This document shows positions 9,955 through 19,114 of a stretch of DNA of 42,114 nt, in pieces. Under the pieces are notes generated by a model. It saw only the letters and a list, made by a program, of their open reading frames with translations, made no database searches and was not told the origin of the DNA. Both the position numbers and the translations under genes were made by a program. Position 1 is the stretch's first letter, and every line of letters begins with the position of its first letter. Source of the DNA: a virus (Duplodnaviria > Heunggongvirae > Uroviricota > Caudoviricetes); the IMG/VR virus record IMGVR_UViG_2561511241_000009, positions 1-42,114 of that record. The stretch is one strand, 5' to 3'.

Positions 9955-9966
9955 AGGAGGCGCGAT

Positions 9967-10134
9967 ATGACAGCGTTGAAAAATCGTACTCAGCACAATG
10001 AACAAGCCAAGCAATGCTGGGATGTCATTGGAAAAGTTATGCTTGGCCGCGCAAGCAAAGAGCGCGACAAGGATATGGTTTACCAGACAGGAACATCTTT
10101 CAGCGACTTCAAGGCGGCATTTCGCTCCAAATAG
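9967..10134 (+). CDS. hypothetical small protein (55 aa)
   Basis: AAGGAGG RBS with 6-nt spacer to ATG; open 55-codon frame; absent from ORF track (below 60 aa). Confidence 0.5.
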   Translation: MTALKNRTQHNEQAKQCWDVIGKVMLGRASKERDKDMVYQTGTSFSDFKAAFRSK

Positions 10135-10154
10135 AAGCACATCAGGAGTTTTCC

Positions 10155-10595
10155 TTGAAGTTTAACATTAGAATATCTAATAGTTTTCTACATGGGGAAA
10201 GCAACACCCCTTTCGCTGTAGACGGACCTTTCCTTACTGATGATGAAATAAAAATCATACAAAGTTTTTTAGAGGATGTTGCCAATGGAAGGGCGCTTGT
10301 TGGAAAAAACAAGCCCTCGTGGGTTGATGATAACCATGATAAAATTCCCGGCTCAGACAATTATGAGCAAGAGAATTATTGGCATTATCATTGTGGGCCA
10401 ACATGGTATCCAAACACATTTAAGAATTATACCATTAACTTAAATTTCAACCCTGGCGGAATGCATTCTAATGAATGCATTCATTATGCAAAAAATGATA
10501 ATGAAATTGTCATTGTTGGATTTTCAAGAGAACACATACCTTTCCTTTCATCAGATGGAAATAACAATCCGCTTTTTAATGATGAAGAAGAATAA
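10155..10595 (+). CDS. hypothetical protein, AT-rich cargo gene (TTG start proposed, 146 aa)
   Basis: AGGAG then 6 nt then TTG at 10155; no in-frame ATG before residue ~130; strong AT-rich codon bias (many N/K/I/F); acidic C-tail; no recognisable family. Confidence 0.45.
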   Translation: MKFNIRISNSFLHGESNTPFAVDGPFLTDDEIKIIQSFLEDVANGRALVGKNKPSWVDDNHDKIPGSDNYEQENYWHYHCGPTWYPNTFKNYTINLNFNPGGMHSNECIHYAKNDNEIVIVGFSREHIPFLSSDGNNNPLFNDEEE

Positions 10596-10689
10596 GCCCG
10601 CGCTGCGGGATTTTTTGTGGACGAAACAAAAGTCAGTGCTAACACTCATTGACGCCACATTGAGGTGGCTTATAGATGGAAATTTCACA

Positions 10690-10851
10690 ATGAAAAAAGC
10701 ATTTGCTGCACTGTTCGTTTTGTTGTCTCTGGTAGCTTCAACTCAGGCCTTTGCCGGTCGTTGTCAGCACGACAGCGACACTGCTGCTGACGGCTCCCGC
10801 TGCGGTGGGCGTTCTGCGGATTCCCGCCCGGGTGGCGGTGGCATTCGTTAA
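10690..10851 (+). CDS. hypothetical secreted small protein (53 aa, signal peptide, 2 Cys)
   Basis: MKKAFAALFVLLSLVASTQAFA signal peptide with AxA cleavage site; Gly/Arg/Asp-rich mature part; weak RBS. Confidence 0.4.
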   Translation: MKKAFAALFVLLSLVASTQAFAGRCQHDSDTAADGSRCGGRSADSRPGGGGIR

Positions 10852-10857
10852 AAACAA

Positions 10858-10873
10858 GGCCGCGAAAGCGGCC
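10858..10873 (-). terminator. terminator hairpin for the leftward structural operon
   Basis: GGCCGC-gaaa-GCGGCC; on minus strand followed by TTGTTTTTAA. Confidence 0.6.
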
Positions 10874-10889
10874 TGTGACATGTCACGAC

Positions 10890-11303
10890 TTATAAAGATG
10901 ACTGATATTTTACAACTCTGTTCATGGCATCTTTTTTCACCGAGCTGATATCAGTTCTTATTTTGGCTTCGTCATTACTGCTTATCATGCTATTAATTTT
11001 TTGCACTGACATGCCGTTTCTTTCAGCCATTGCACATACAGCAGCATCGTATGAAGAACTCGCTGCGATGGATATCACCTTGTTACACTCAAACACAGCA
11101 CCTTCAGCAATATCAGATGCCGATGAGGCTGGCTTGGTATAAGTCTTGACGTAGTGATCAATACAACTATCCTTCGCCGTCTTGGCAAGAGAAAAATCCA
11201 TTTTAACTTTGTCGCAATATGCCTTATCAACACCGTCATAAACATCATAGGATGTCGAGCAAGCGGATATCAAAAATACCGATAACAGCAATAATTCCTT
11301 CAT
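10890..11303 (-). CDS. phage lipoprotein (cargo; superinfection-exclusion candidate)
   Basis: Signal peptide plus lipobox (LISAC); AT-rich; last gene of the leftward structural operon. Confidence 0.6.
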   Translation of the reverse strand: MKELLLLSVFLISACSTSYDVYDGVDKAYCDKVKMDFSLAKTAKDSCIDHYVKTYTKPASSASDIAEGAVFECNKVISIAASSSYDAAVCAMAERNGMSVQKINSMISSNDEAKIRTDISSVKKDAMNRVVKYQSSL

Positions 11304-11312
11304 TGTTGTTCC

Positions 11313-13787
11313 TTATTGCGGAGTGACATCCTGAGGTCGCCACCAGTATGTCTGGTTAAACTCTTTCTTCGAACGTTGCTCCATTTTACGCAAATAGCCT
11401 GGTGAAAAATACTCCTGCATCTGATTAAAGATCATGTGATCGAGAGCCGCCTTCAAGTACCAGAGATTCGCACCAGGCATCAAACCTTTCCCAAGCTTAA
11501 CCAGATCACCACCAGTCTGCTCATTCTTCCCTTCCACAGCATTTAACGGTATGCCCTGAGCAATCTTCACTACGTCATCAACCAGACCAGCTACCGGGCC
11601 AAGCATCGACGCTAGTGCGCCGCTCCCGTACCTGGTGTGGTCAGAGAAAAGAAAATCACCATACAACCCTGCCCCACCACCTTTTAAAAATGCATTTATC
11701 CAGAATTTAACCATGTTGTCACCGGTCATTTCTTTTGGATTTCTCCCATTAATAAGATCAGTAATCTGCATGGAAAGAGCACCAAGCATGGTTGTGCTTG
11801 CTAAAAACGTTGCTATATATGCCGCACGCCCACCAGCAGACGGCATCCCCATAGCTCTATGCCAGTGACGCATAACTACCGAGATAGGGAACGATTTAAA
11901 CAGGAAAACACTTCTCGTTAATTCACCTTTCCATGTTCCACGCTGAAGACCAGACCCTACGAACATCCGTTCACGTGCGCCCGGTGTAATAACAGCCATA
12001 TCAACTTCTTCAGTTACGGCACCGAGCAGTTTACGCATTGCCTCAAATTTCACACGTTCAGGCTCACCAAGATGTTTAACTGCTGAATCAGGGATACGCA
12101 TAATGCTTTCCGGTGTCAGCATCGTATTATTACCGTTCCCCCAGTCCTCCTGTTGCGCCAGCTTCCATACGCTCCAGTCTGTGTCAGTAATCCCTTTGCT
12201 TTTCAGGATACGAAAATCATAGTCATCGAGGCTACGAAGGTCTGGTGTCCGTGACACTACTTCTCCCAGGCTTCCCATCATGGTTACGCCATAGGCGCGC
12301 TTGTGCGCATCTGACCATGCTGTAAGCCCACTGGCACGCATTACCGCCGTTGCCGCCCAACGAGACACTGACGGCCCCATATTATCCATCGCCCAGCGGT
12401 TAACGCTGCCAAGTAGAGATTCCATCGCCAGACCAGCGCGGCGCGCCCGCGCAAGTTCTGTACGGTTCGTTGGGTCCATAGCTTCAAGCTGGTTGCGGAA
12501 TAACTGGTTCATTGGAAGGTTGGTAACCTTCGCAGACAGATACATGGTTCCAAGATCAGAGAACGATGACAGCAACGCGGATCCGAGTCTGCTGGCAACC
12601 AGCCAGTTGCGGATATTGTCAGACCATCGCGCGATGTGCGGATTCGCTACAGGCTGTGTCTTTCCGGAAATAAAGTTGTACAGGTTCTCTGTTTTGTTCG
12701 CCAGCCGCTCGACTTTACCGGTTTTACTCGGGTTAGCTGTTGCCGTTTCTGCCTTAACCTGATCAAGAAGGGAGCGGAAAACATGATCGGGGTTTGGACC
12801 ATATGTTTCCACCAGTGCAATATCTTTACTGATACCTTCCAGGTGACCGACCATGATTTCCCATAGAGAGCGATCGCCATAAAGTTGCTGATATTGCAGA
12901 TAGGAATCTGCATCTTTGAAATGTATCTGTCGTGATGCATTACCACGGTTAGCACGTGCGCCGGAAATTCGCATTCCGGTATCAGTAAGCTTATTCAGCC
13001 CACCAGTAGCGATCGTGTTATAAGCCTCTCCAAGAAATGCAGACAACTCGGCATCGTTCATCAGTTGTCCATCGGCTCGGATATAATATTTGCGATCCAG
13101 CTTACCTATAACATCGCTAACCCACTTATCCTTTGATACCGCCCCAACCTTTTCCATAGAATGATGTTGAGGGATCCCCCAGTTTTCGAGATAGCCAATG
13201 TCCCCACCAGCATCATTAAACCGGCGGCGCAGTAGCTCTGTCACTTCTCTCCACGCCTTAGCACCTTTTCTTGCTTTAGCATTGCCAGTATTTTGCCCCC
13301 GCATTTCATATACCAGGTCACGTACGCCCGCTTCATCTTCAAACAGACCAAAAAAGCGAGGATCAACTGCTTCGAATGCCTCCTGCAATTGACTCAATGC
13401 ATAATCACGGGTGGCTTTTGTTCTGGATTCAACAGAGAGGAAATTCGATTTACCGTCTGCATTAAAAGCAATAGTACGGTTAAGAGCGCCAAGTTTCCCA
13501 TCAGCCCCTTGATAGCTATTGATAAATTTATCCAATCTCTGACGTGCGGCTATAGTGAGGGCCACACGACGTTTCTTTAATGCCGCTTCTCGCTGTAATT
13601 CTTCAGATGCCAATTGTGCTGCACGATATAGCCGCTCTGATTCGGAAAGTTGTCTCCACGACATCGGGTCATCACGAGCAATGGAGCGCATATTTCGATA
13701 AATGCGGTCTTCAATGTTCTGTATTTCTCGCGCCGTTAACGTGCGCTGCGCCGCCTGCTGGACCGCTTGTATACATTCCTGTCTCAT
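11313..13787 (-). CDS. large internal virion (core/ejection) protein, 824 aa
   Basis: One of three consecutive large structural-module genes between tail tubular genes and tailspike, as in T7-like/epsilon15-like podoviruses. Confidence 0.5.
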   Translation of the reverse strand: MRQECIQAVQQAAQRTLTAREIQNIEDRIYRNMRSIARDDPMSWRQLSESERLYRAAQLASEELQREAALKKRRVALTIAARQRLDKFINSYQGADGKLGALNRTIAFNADGKSNFLSVESRTKATRDYALSQLQEAFEAVDPRFFGLFEDEAGVRDLVYEMRGQNTGNAKARKGAKAWREVTELLRRRFNDAGGDIGYLENWGIPQHHSMEKVGAVSKDKWVSDVIGKLDRKYYIRADGQLMNDAELSAFLGEAYNTIATGGLNKLTDTGMRISGARANRGNASRQIHFKDADSYLQYQQLYGDRSLWEIMVGHLEGISKDIALVETYGPNPDHVFRSLLDQVKAETATANPSKTGKVERLANKTENLYNFISGKTQPVANPHIARWSDNIRNWLVASRLGSALLSSFSDLGTMYLSAKVTNLPMNQLFRNQLEAMDPTNRTELARARRAGLAMESLLGSVNRWAMDNMGPSVSRWAATAVMRASGLTAWSDAHKRAYGVTMMGSLGEVVSRTPDLRSLDDYDFRILKSKGITDTDWSVWKLAQQEDWGNGNNTMLTPESIMRIPDSAVKHLGEPERVKFEAMRKLLGAVTEEVDMAVITPGARERMFVGSGLQRGTWKGELTRSVFLFKSFPISVVMRHWHRAMGMPSAGGRAAYIATFLASTTMLGALSMQITDLINGRNPKEMTGDNMVKFWINAFLKGGGAGLYGDFLFSDHTRYGSGALASMLGPVAGLVDDVVKIAQGIPLNAVEGKNEQTGGDLVKLGKGLMPGANLWYLKAALDHMIFNQMQEYFSPGYLRKMEQRSKKEFNQTYWWRPQDVTPQ

Positions 13788-13792
13788 TTAAT

Positions 13793-15595
13793 TTAACCTC
13801 TCAAGAAACACGCCACAGCGACATCAAACAGGCTGGAATCCTGTATTGCCTGCTCACTTTCCCTGTTCGCTTCATCCAGTACTTCACGCGCGCTGCGCGA
13901 TTGTGGATTACCATCATCATCCAGCACGGTGATTATCATGTCCGGAGATTCAAGCAGCGAGTCTTCAGCTATACGCAGATCAATATCTCCTGCCGGATCT
14001 GCCATCATTTTTTGTTCTGTCTGTTGCAATATCTTACCGGGCTCAAAAGGAGCTACTTCGTCTGGCGTCCTGACCTCTGCTGTTTTATAGAATGAAACAG
14101 CCTGAGCATTAAGTTCACTTTCTGCCTGCTGTCGTCGTGCCAGTTCTGCTCGAGCTTCAAAAAACTGACCGCCAGGCTCATGCGGTGCCAACGCGTTACG
14201 GGAAAATTCCAGGCGCTCTTGTGCCTGCCGGATTCGTTGGTCAATATCGCGAAGTCTGACCTGTTTATCTGATCGAGCACGAGACAAAGCTTTACCGCTA
14301 CCGGTTGGCTCTTCTGCAAGAATTTGTGCGCGCTGTTCAGTGAGATTTTCAATAATTCGTTGGCTATTAGCGATTTCAGACTGGTAAACCTGTCTATCGC
14401 CACGCGGCAAAAGCTGCGCGGCCTGTTCTTCAAGCAACCGATTTTCTATAGCGCGCGCCGTTACTCCATCATCTACAGATGACAGAGCCTCATTAACTGC
14501 CTGAGACAGCAGACTCTTGCGCCCAAGAATTTCACTGAAAGATGCAGACTCAACAATGCTGGCAACGTCTACAGGTCTCCCCTCGCTAACATCAGACATA
14601 GCTTTTCTCAGAGCCTGAATGTGAGAATTGCGCGAAAGCACGTTGATCGGCACGCCTGGCGCAATATCAATTTCAGCATGATGAGCGGCATTCGCCGCCA
14701 GTGCAGCATCAACATCAACTGGTGAAAAATTTGGTGCGCTTGTAGACTCGCCGCGAGAGTTAATAAATCTGCCGACACCACCAAACGCCACCCCAAGAAC
14801 AGCATCAATAGCAATTGCCTGTCGATCCAACACATCATACTGGTTAGCCATTTCGCTATAGCCACCATCACGAAGCGTTTTTGCAGTAAGCCCACGCTGT
14901 GCCATACCGAACGCAATATTTGTACCTGCGGCATAGGCAATATCTGGCGTTGCACGTACTGCTGTTGCTGCGGCGCGTCGCACTGAACTTTCACCCGTCC
15001 GCGCAAGCTGAGCCGCCACACCTTCCGCCAGCGCACCGCCAGCACGTAACCCGAGGCTCATTGGGATCAGTGTTCCGGCACCAGCAGTAATACCCTGCAC
15101 TAATCCTGCTTCCTGCGCCGTCCTGAAATCAACACCCTGTGCTGTCAGCCGTTCAAACTCAGAAAAACCCTGTAGCGAAGTTACCGCCGCTGCACCTCCG
15201 ACCGGACCACCGAGCGTTGTACCGACAACAGCCTGCCCGCCCATATCGAACAACCCATAAAGAACCTGCCCGGCGGTTCCGGTTGTCGCGGCATCAGGCG
15301 TCAGCCGCTTAACCTGCTGCTCTGCTAGTTTTCTCTGCTCGGCAATGTATGAAACTGAAGTGTCATTGAGCGAGGTGTTTTCGTTAACAAACTGAGCAAT
15401 CGGGGATACGATTTTATCCATCCCTGCCCATAGCAACTGGTCTGGCTTTGCCACCAGCCCGGAGTACAAACCAGACAATGCCGCTCCTACAGCATTGTCG
15501 AAAAAACCAACATCGCTGTTAAAGCCAGCTGGATTTGATGCTGCTTCGTCAAGCTGCTGATTCTGGTTTACTGGATTAAGGCCAAAGTAACTCAT
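13793..15595 (-). CDS. internal virion (core/ejection) protein, 600 aa
   Basis: Ala/Gly-rich, coiled-coil segments; start overlaps upstream gene stop. Confidence 0.5.
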   Translation of the reverse strand: MSYFGLNPVNQNQQLDEAASNPAGFNSDVGFFDNAVGAALSGLYSGLVAKPDQLLWAGMDKIVSPIAQFVNENTSLNDTSVSYIAEQRKLAEQQVKRLTPDAATTGTAGQVLYGLFDMGGQAVVGTTLGGPVGGAAAVTSLQGFSEFERLTAQGVDFRTAQEAGLVQGITAGAGTLIPMSLGLRAGGALAEGVAAQLARTGESSVRRAAATAVRATPDIAYAAGTNIAFGMAQRGLTAKTLRDGGYSEMANQYDVLDRQAIAIDAVLGVAFGGVGRFINSRGESTSAPNFSPVDVDAALAANAAHHAEIDIAPGVPINVLSRNSHIQALRKAMSDVSEGRPVDVASIVESASFSEILGRKSLLSQAVNEALSSVDDGVTARAIENRLLEEQAAQLLPRGDRQVYQSEIANSQRIIENLTEQRAQILAEEPTGSGKALSRARSDKQVRLRDIDQRIRQAQERLEFSRNALAPHEPGGQFFEARAELARRQQAESELNAQAVSFYKTAEVRTPDEVAPFEPGKILQQTEQKMMADPAGDIDLRIAEDSLLESPDMIITVLDDDGNPQSRSAREVLDEANRESEQAIQDSSLFDVAVACFLRG

Positions 15596-18105
15596 TGCGG
15601 AATATCTCCGGAGAATCTCTGACGCTTCTGTGTCAGATTAAGAACAACGGGAGAACCATCATCTTTCAGTAGATAACCAGTACCAAGTTTCACCAGGTAC
15701 TGACTATCGCCGTAACTTTGCAAACCATACTGACCAGGCGGTGTTTTTATCCCGGAGCCGACAACTTGTTCATTCCAAGCCTGATTAACCTGCTTATCGA
15801 ATTGCTCTGCAGACATTCCCCACGGCAAAAGGACATTCCCCATTCCGTTATAGTCATGCACGCCACCTGTAGCTACGTTAACAGCCTGTTTCCAGACATC
15901 ATTGTCAATTTCGCCTGATACCACGCCTTTTTTCGCCATCACACCAGCGTAATAATCCTTTGCGATCTCGTATGCCATTGATGCTCCCTGAGCGTCACCA
16001 GCAAATGCATCCTTCACCATGTCAGAAAACTCAAAGCGAAGATCAGCATCTTTAGGCATCGGAATACCTTTCGCGTCATCAGTACCTTTACGAGCCGCCG
16101 CGCCAGCAAGAATTGTCTGCGCAGCGGTTTCAGGAGACACGGAAACATCCGGATTAAACCAGTTTTTTTCTGCCAAAATACCACCTGGCTTATCCATCAG
16201 TATCCCGGCAACGGCAGCAGATGGAGCGTTGGCACTGATCTGCTGTAGTGCTGACATATACACCTGCCCACCACCAGTGCTCTGCCTGATGGTATCGAGA
16301 TATGCTGCCTGTTGGGAAACGGGCGCATCACGAAAGAAAACACCGATCTGATTGGCCTCGTCTTTGGAAAAGAACGTCAGTGGAGTGCCATATGACTTAG
16401 CAAGGTCACTGACCTGAGCAGCTCGCAAGGCAACGCTCTGTCCAAAGTTATCCTTATTGCTCATGTCGATAGGCTTTGCCTGTCCGGCGGCAAGAGAGAA
16501 CTGTACAGGATCAGCCTGTCGCTGCTTTATCACCTGACTTGCAGCCGACACAACGTTGTCATAAAGAGCGGCTCGTGCCGCATAACCCTCCCCTGTCTCA
16601 CCAGTATCCGGGCGTAATTGCTCAACATATGCTGTAATGCTGCTTGTCGGCATGTTGCGGAAAGAGCCTATATACTGTCCGGCGATTTGCGTATTTCTGA
16701 ACTCGGTATATCGCAGGTTTCCTTCTCTGACTCCATAAGCTGCAATAAAATCAGCCTCACCAGGTGGGTTAGGAAATTCAACGCCACGCATATACGCAGC
16801 TGTCGCATCGCGAACCTGGCTGTCAATCATCGTTTTATATTCAGCCTGCTGCTGCCGACGCAGTTGATCCGCCTGTCGCATAAAACTTGCCTGCGCCTCA
16901 GGAGATGCCGCATCGAATGCTGCATTACCGGTATAGCGTTTGGTGTTGGTTGGAATTGTTGATAAACCAAGTGCTGCACTGACACCAGCAGTTAACTGCT
17001 GATCACTGTATGGCTGGCTACCGTTCTCATGATGGATAATGGCTGCACAAAGCGCCTTCAGGGTATCAGGATTAGATGCATCGAGAGGCTCATCAGCAGA
17101 AACGCCAAGTTGTTCGCACACTGCTTTGATATACGACATAGTGTCATTTTTATCAGTAGGCGGTGCCCAGCGATTAATTATCTCGCTGACGGTATCAATA
17201 CCCTGCCTCTGATACGACATCAGGTTCCGCCCTAATGCACGAATCCCGTGTTCAGGTGTTTCGAATTTCGCAAATCGACCATCATCACCGGTCTGGCCTA
17301 CCCACGGATTAGTTTTGCTGTATTCGAGATTTCCTGGGTTATTGTTGCGTATGCCACGGGCACGCTCGGAAGAGTCACTATCTGCTACAGCACGGCGAGC
17401 TCCAGCTGCAGTATCACTTAACTCGCCATTACTTTGGATGAATGCGGTCGCATTGTTTGCCGACCACTGGGACAATGCGGCATCAGCAACCTTCTCTTTA
17501 AACTCGATTTTCTTGGCCTGTATTTGCTCGTCGCTCCAGCCATGCGCAATGCCGTAATCCTCAATTTGCTGGAAAGTTTGCTTATTAGCCAATATGTATG
17601 CGGCGTTGTCGCCATACAATGCTGCGGCATTTTTACCATTGTTCAGCAGCGTAGCCTGAAACTGGCCTTCTTCGTAGGCATTTATTTGCCCTATCTCGTG
17701 CCGCCCGGCCTGCGTAGTGAACTGAATGCGCTGCTGCTGCGCCTGCTGCATGAAAGCATTACGAGCCTGTTCATCCGGCAGCGACATAGCCAGTTGTTCG
17801 ACCTGAGCATCAAACTGCTGCGTATACTCATGGCCTTTTCCAATAGCATTTTTCCCTTTCAGGTTAAGCAATCCTGTTTCAGGATTATTCAGCAGATCAC
17901 TGCTTATCTGACTGAGGTTAAGAGATGCCTCCTGAGCCAGAGCGATATTGGCACGCTGTTTTGCCTGACCAAAAACATCAATAGCCTCTGCCCCTGCCCG
18001 AACAAAAGCATCACCAATACCTGGCTGAGAAAACGTCTGCAAGCCTGCTGACTGAACTCCACGGCTCTCAACCTGACGTCCGGATACTGTTGGTACGACT
18101 GGCAT
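15592..18105 (-). CDS. internal virion protein with possible cell-wall-degrading segment
   Basis: Central RGIRNNNPGNLEY...FAKFETPEHGIRALGRNL segment resembles virion muralytic domains; GGAGG RBS before Met at 18105 (track ORF extends to 18180). Confidence 0.45.
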   Translation of the reverse strand: MPVVPTVSGRQVESRGVQSAGLQTFSQPGIGDAFVRAGAEAIDVFGQAKQRANIALAQEASLNLSQISSDLLNNPETGLLNLKGKNAIGKGHEYTQQFDAQVEQLAMSLPDEQARNAFMQQAQQQRIQFTTQAGRHEIGQINAYEEGQFQATLLNNGKNAAALYGDNAAYILANKQTFQQIEDYGIAHGWSDEQIQAKKIEFKEKVADAALSQWSANNATAFIQSNGELSDTAAGARRAVADSDSSERARGIRNNNPGNLEYSKTNPWVGQTGDDGRFAKFETPEHGIRALGRNLMSYQRQGIDTVSEIINRWAPPTDKNDTMSYIKAVCEQLGVSADEPLDASNPDTLKALCAAIIHHENGSQPYSDQQLTAGVSAALGLSTIPTNTKRYTGNAAFDAASPEAQASFMRQADQLRRQQQAEYKTMIDSQVRDATAAYMRGVEFPNPPGEADFIAAYGVREGNLRYTEFRNTQIAGQYIGSFRNMPTSSITAYVEQLRPDTGETGEGYAARAALYDNVVSAASQVIKQRQADPVQFSLAAGQAKPIDMSNKDNFGQSVALRAAQVSDLAKSYGTPLTFFSKDEANQIGVFFRDAPVSQQAAYLDTIRQSTGGGQVYMSALQQISANAPSAAVAGILMDKPGGILAEKNWFNPDVSVSPETAAQTILAGAAARKGTDDAKGIPMPKDADLRFEFSDMVKDAFAGDAQGASMAYEIAKDYYAGVMAKKGVVSGEIDNDVWKQAVNVATGGVHDYNGMGNVLLPWGMSAEQFDKQVNQAWNEQVVGSGIKTPPGQYGLQSYGDSQYLVKLGTGYLLKDDGSPVVLNLTQKRQRFSGDIPQ

Positions 18106-18650
18106 TATAATCCTCCGGGTAATCTGGTTCCTGCTGCTGCCCCGATTGGCGCAGGAGTGCTTTGAGTAAACGGACTCCACGTCCCACCAAACATCTGGTA
18201 CGCACCGTATGCCTTCAGAGGCGCGGTGAGCAATGTTGTTGCTGCTCCCACATTCCCCTGTTTACGGGCTGAACTGGCTTCTGCTTTATAGTTGGCAGCC
18301 TGAACCTGATAACCGTAAGCCTCGCGTTGCGCGTTATTCACCGTCGTCAGCGAATCAAGAGCGCCAAACTGGGCAGTGTCGCCAAATATATCCAGCGCGT
18401 TACCTGTAGATAAATCAGCGCCGGTAGCCCCCATTGTCGCCGCCTGTGTACCAAGCCGCTGTCGGGTCTCTCTGCGCCGTTGCTCAGCTTCAGCGTTACC
18501 TCTGTTTATTGCATCATTTGCCTGAGCTGTGGCTATATCTGCGTTCGCTTCTGCAACCTTCGAGACATACTTTCCCTGTTGGTACTGGGTGTATGCCTGA
18601 ATGCCACTCATGGCGAGCATTGCGCCACCAGCAATAACCGGATCGCACAT
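18105..18650 (-). CDS. virion structural protein (hypothetical, 181 aa)
   Basis: Position in structural operon; Ala/Gln-rich. Confidence 0.4.
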   Translation of the reverse strand: MCDPVIAGGAMLAMSGIQAYTQYQQGKYVSKVAEANADIATAQANDAINRGNAEAEQRRRETRQRLGTQAATMGATGADLSTGNALDIFGDTAQFGALDSLTTVNNAQREAYGYQVQAANYKAEASSARKQGNVGAATTLLTAPLKAYGAYQMFGGTWSPFTQSTPAPIGAAAGTRLPGGL

Positions 18651-19114
18651 TATTTTCTCTCCATGTGAAATCTGTGGAAATTAAGACCAAGAGCACCATA
18701 AGGCGCGGCTTCTTCAAGCCTGAATCCAAGCCAGTGCAGCCATGCTTTGGCAACATGGTTTCGCTCGTCGACGTAGTTTTCCAGGCGCGGATAAACTGCC
18801 AGCATCTGCTGCAATACAGGGCGGCAGTGGCGCAGAAATGTCTTCTGATATTTTTCAATACGGCTGGTTCCTACCAGCCAGGGCGTACCATTGCCACCGA
18901 TCATTGACGCCGGAGATACGCCAAACATGGTTACCAGTTCTCCGTTCGCAAATCCTGACCAGGCCATAGTCGCAGTACGCAGACCAACACGCAGCGCATC
19001 TTCGGTAGTCATCAGTGATACCGCATACAGTTCGTCAATATCAGCCTGACGAACATCCGGCAAAATCATCTGAAGATGCTCTTCGGTTGCGGGAATAATT
19101 TGAACATCGATCAT
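18650..19114 (-). CDS. virion structural/assembly protein (hypothetical, 154 aa)
   Basis: Position in structural operon; start/stop overlaps with neighbours. Confidence 0.4.
   Translation of the reverse strand: MIDVQIIPATEEHLQMILPDVRQADIDELYAVSLMTTEDALRVGLRTATMAWSGFANGELVTMFGVSPASMIGGNGTPWLVGTSRIEKYQKTFLRHCRPVLQQMLAVYPRLENYVDERNHVAKAWLHWLGFRLEEAAPYGALGLNFHRFHMERK

Noticed and set aside
10014-10154. ATG start at 10014 giving a 193-aa ORF
   Set aside because: It has no RBS and overlaps the well-initiated 55-aa ORF in another frame; the TTG at 10155 with AGGAG at ideal spacing is the more plausible start.
10875-10886. Perfect 12-bp palindrome GTGACATGTCAC next to the terminator hairpin
   Set aside because: Single occurrence with no recognisable binding-site family; could be chance or part of the terminator context.
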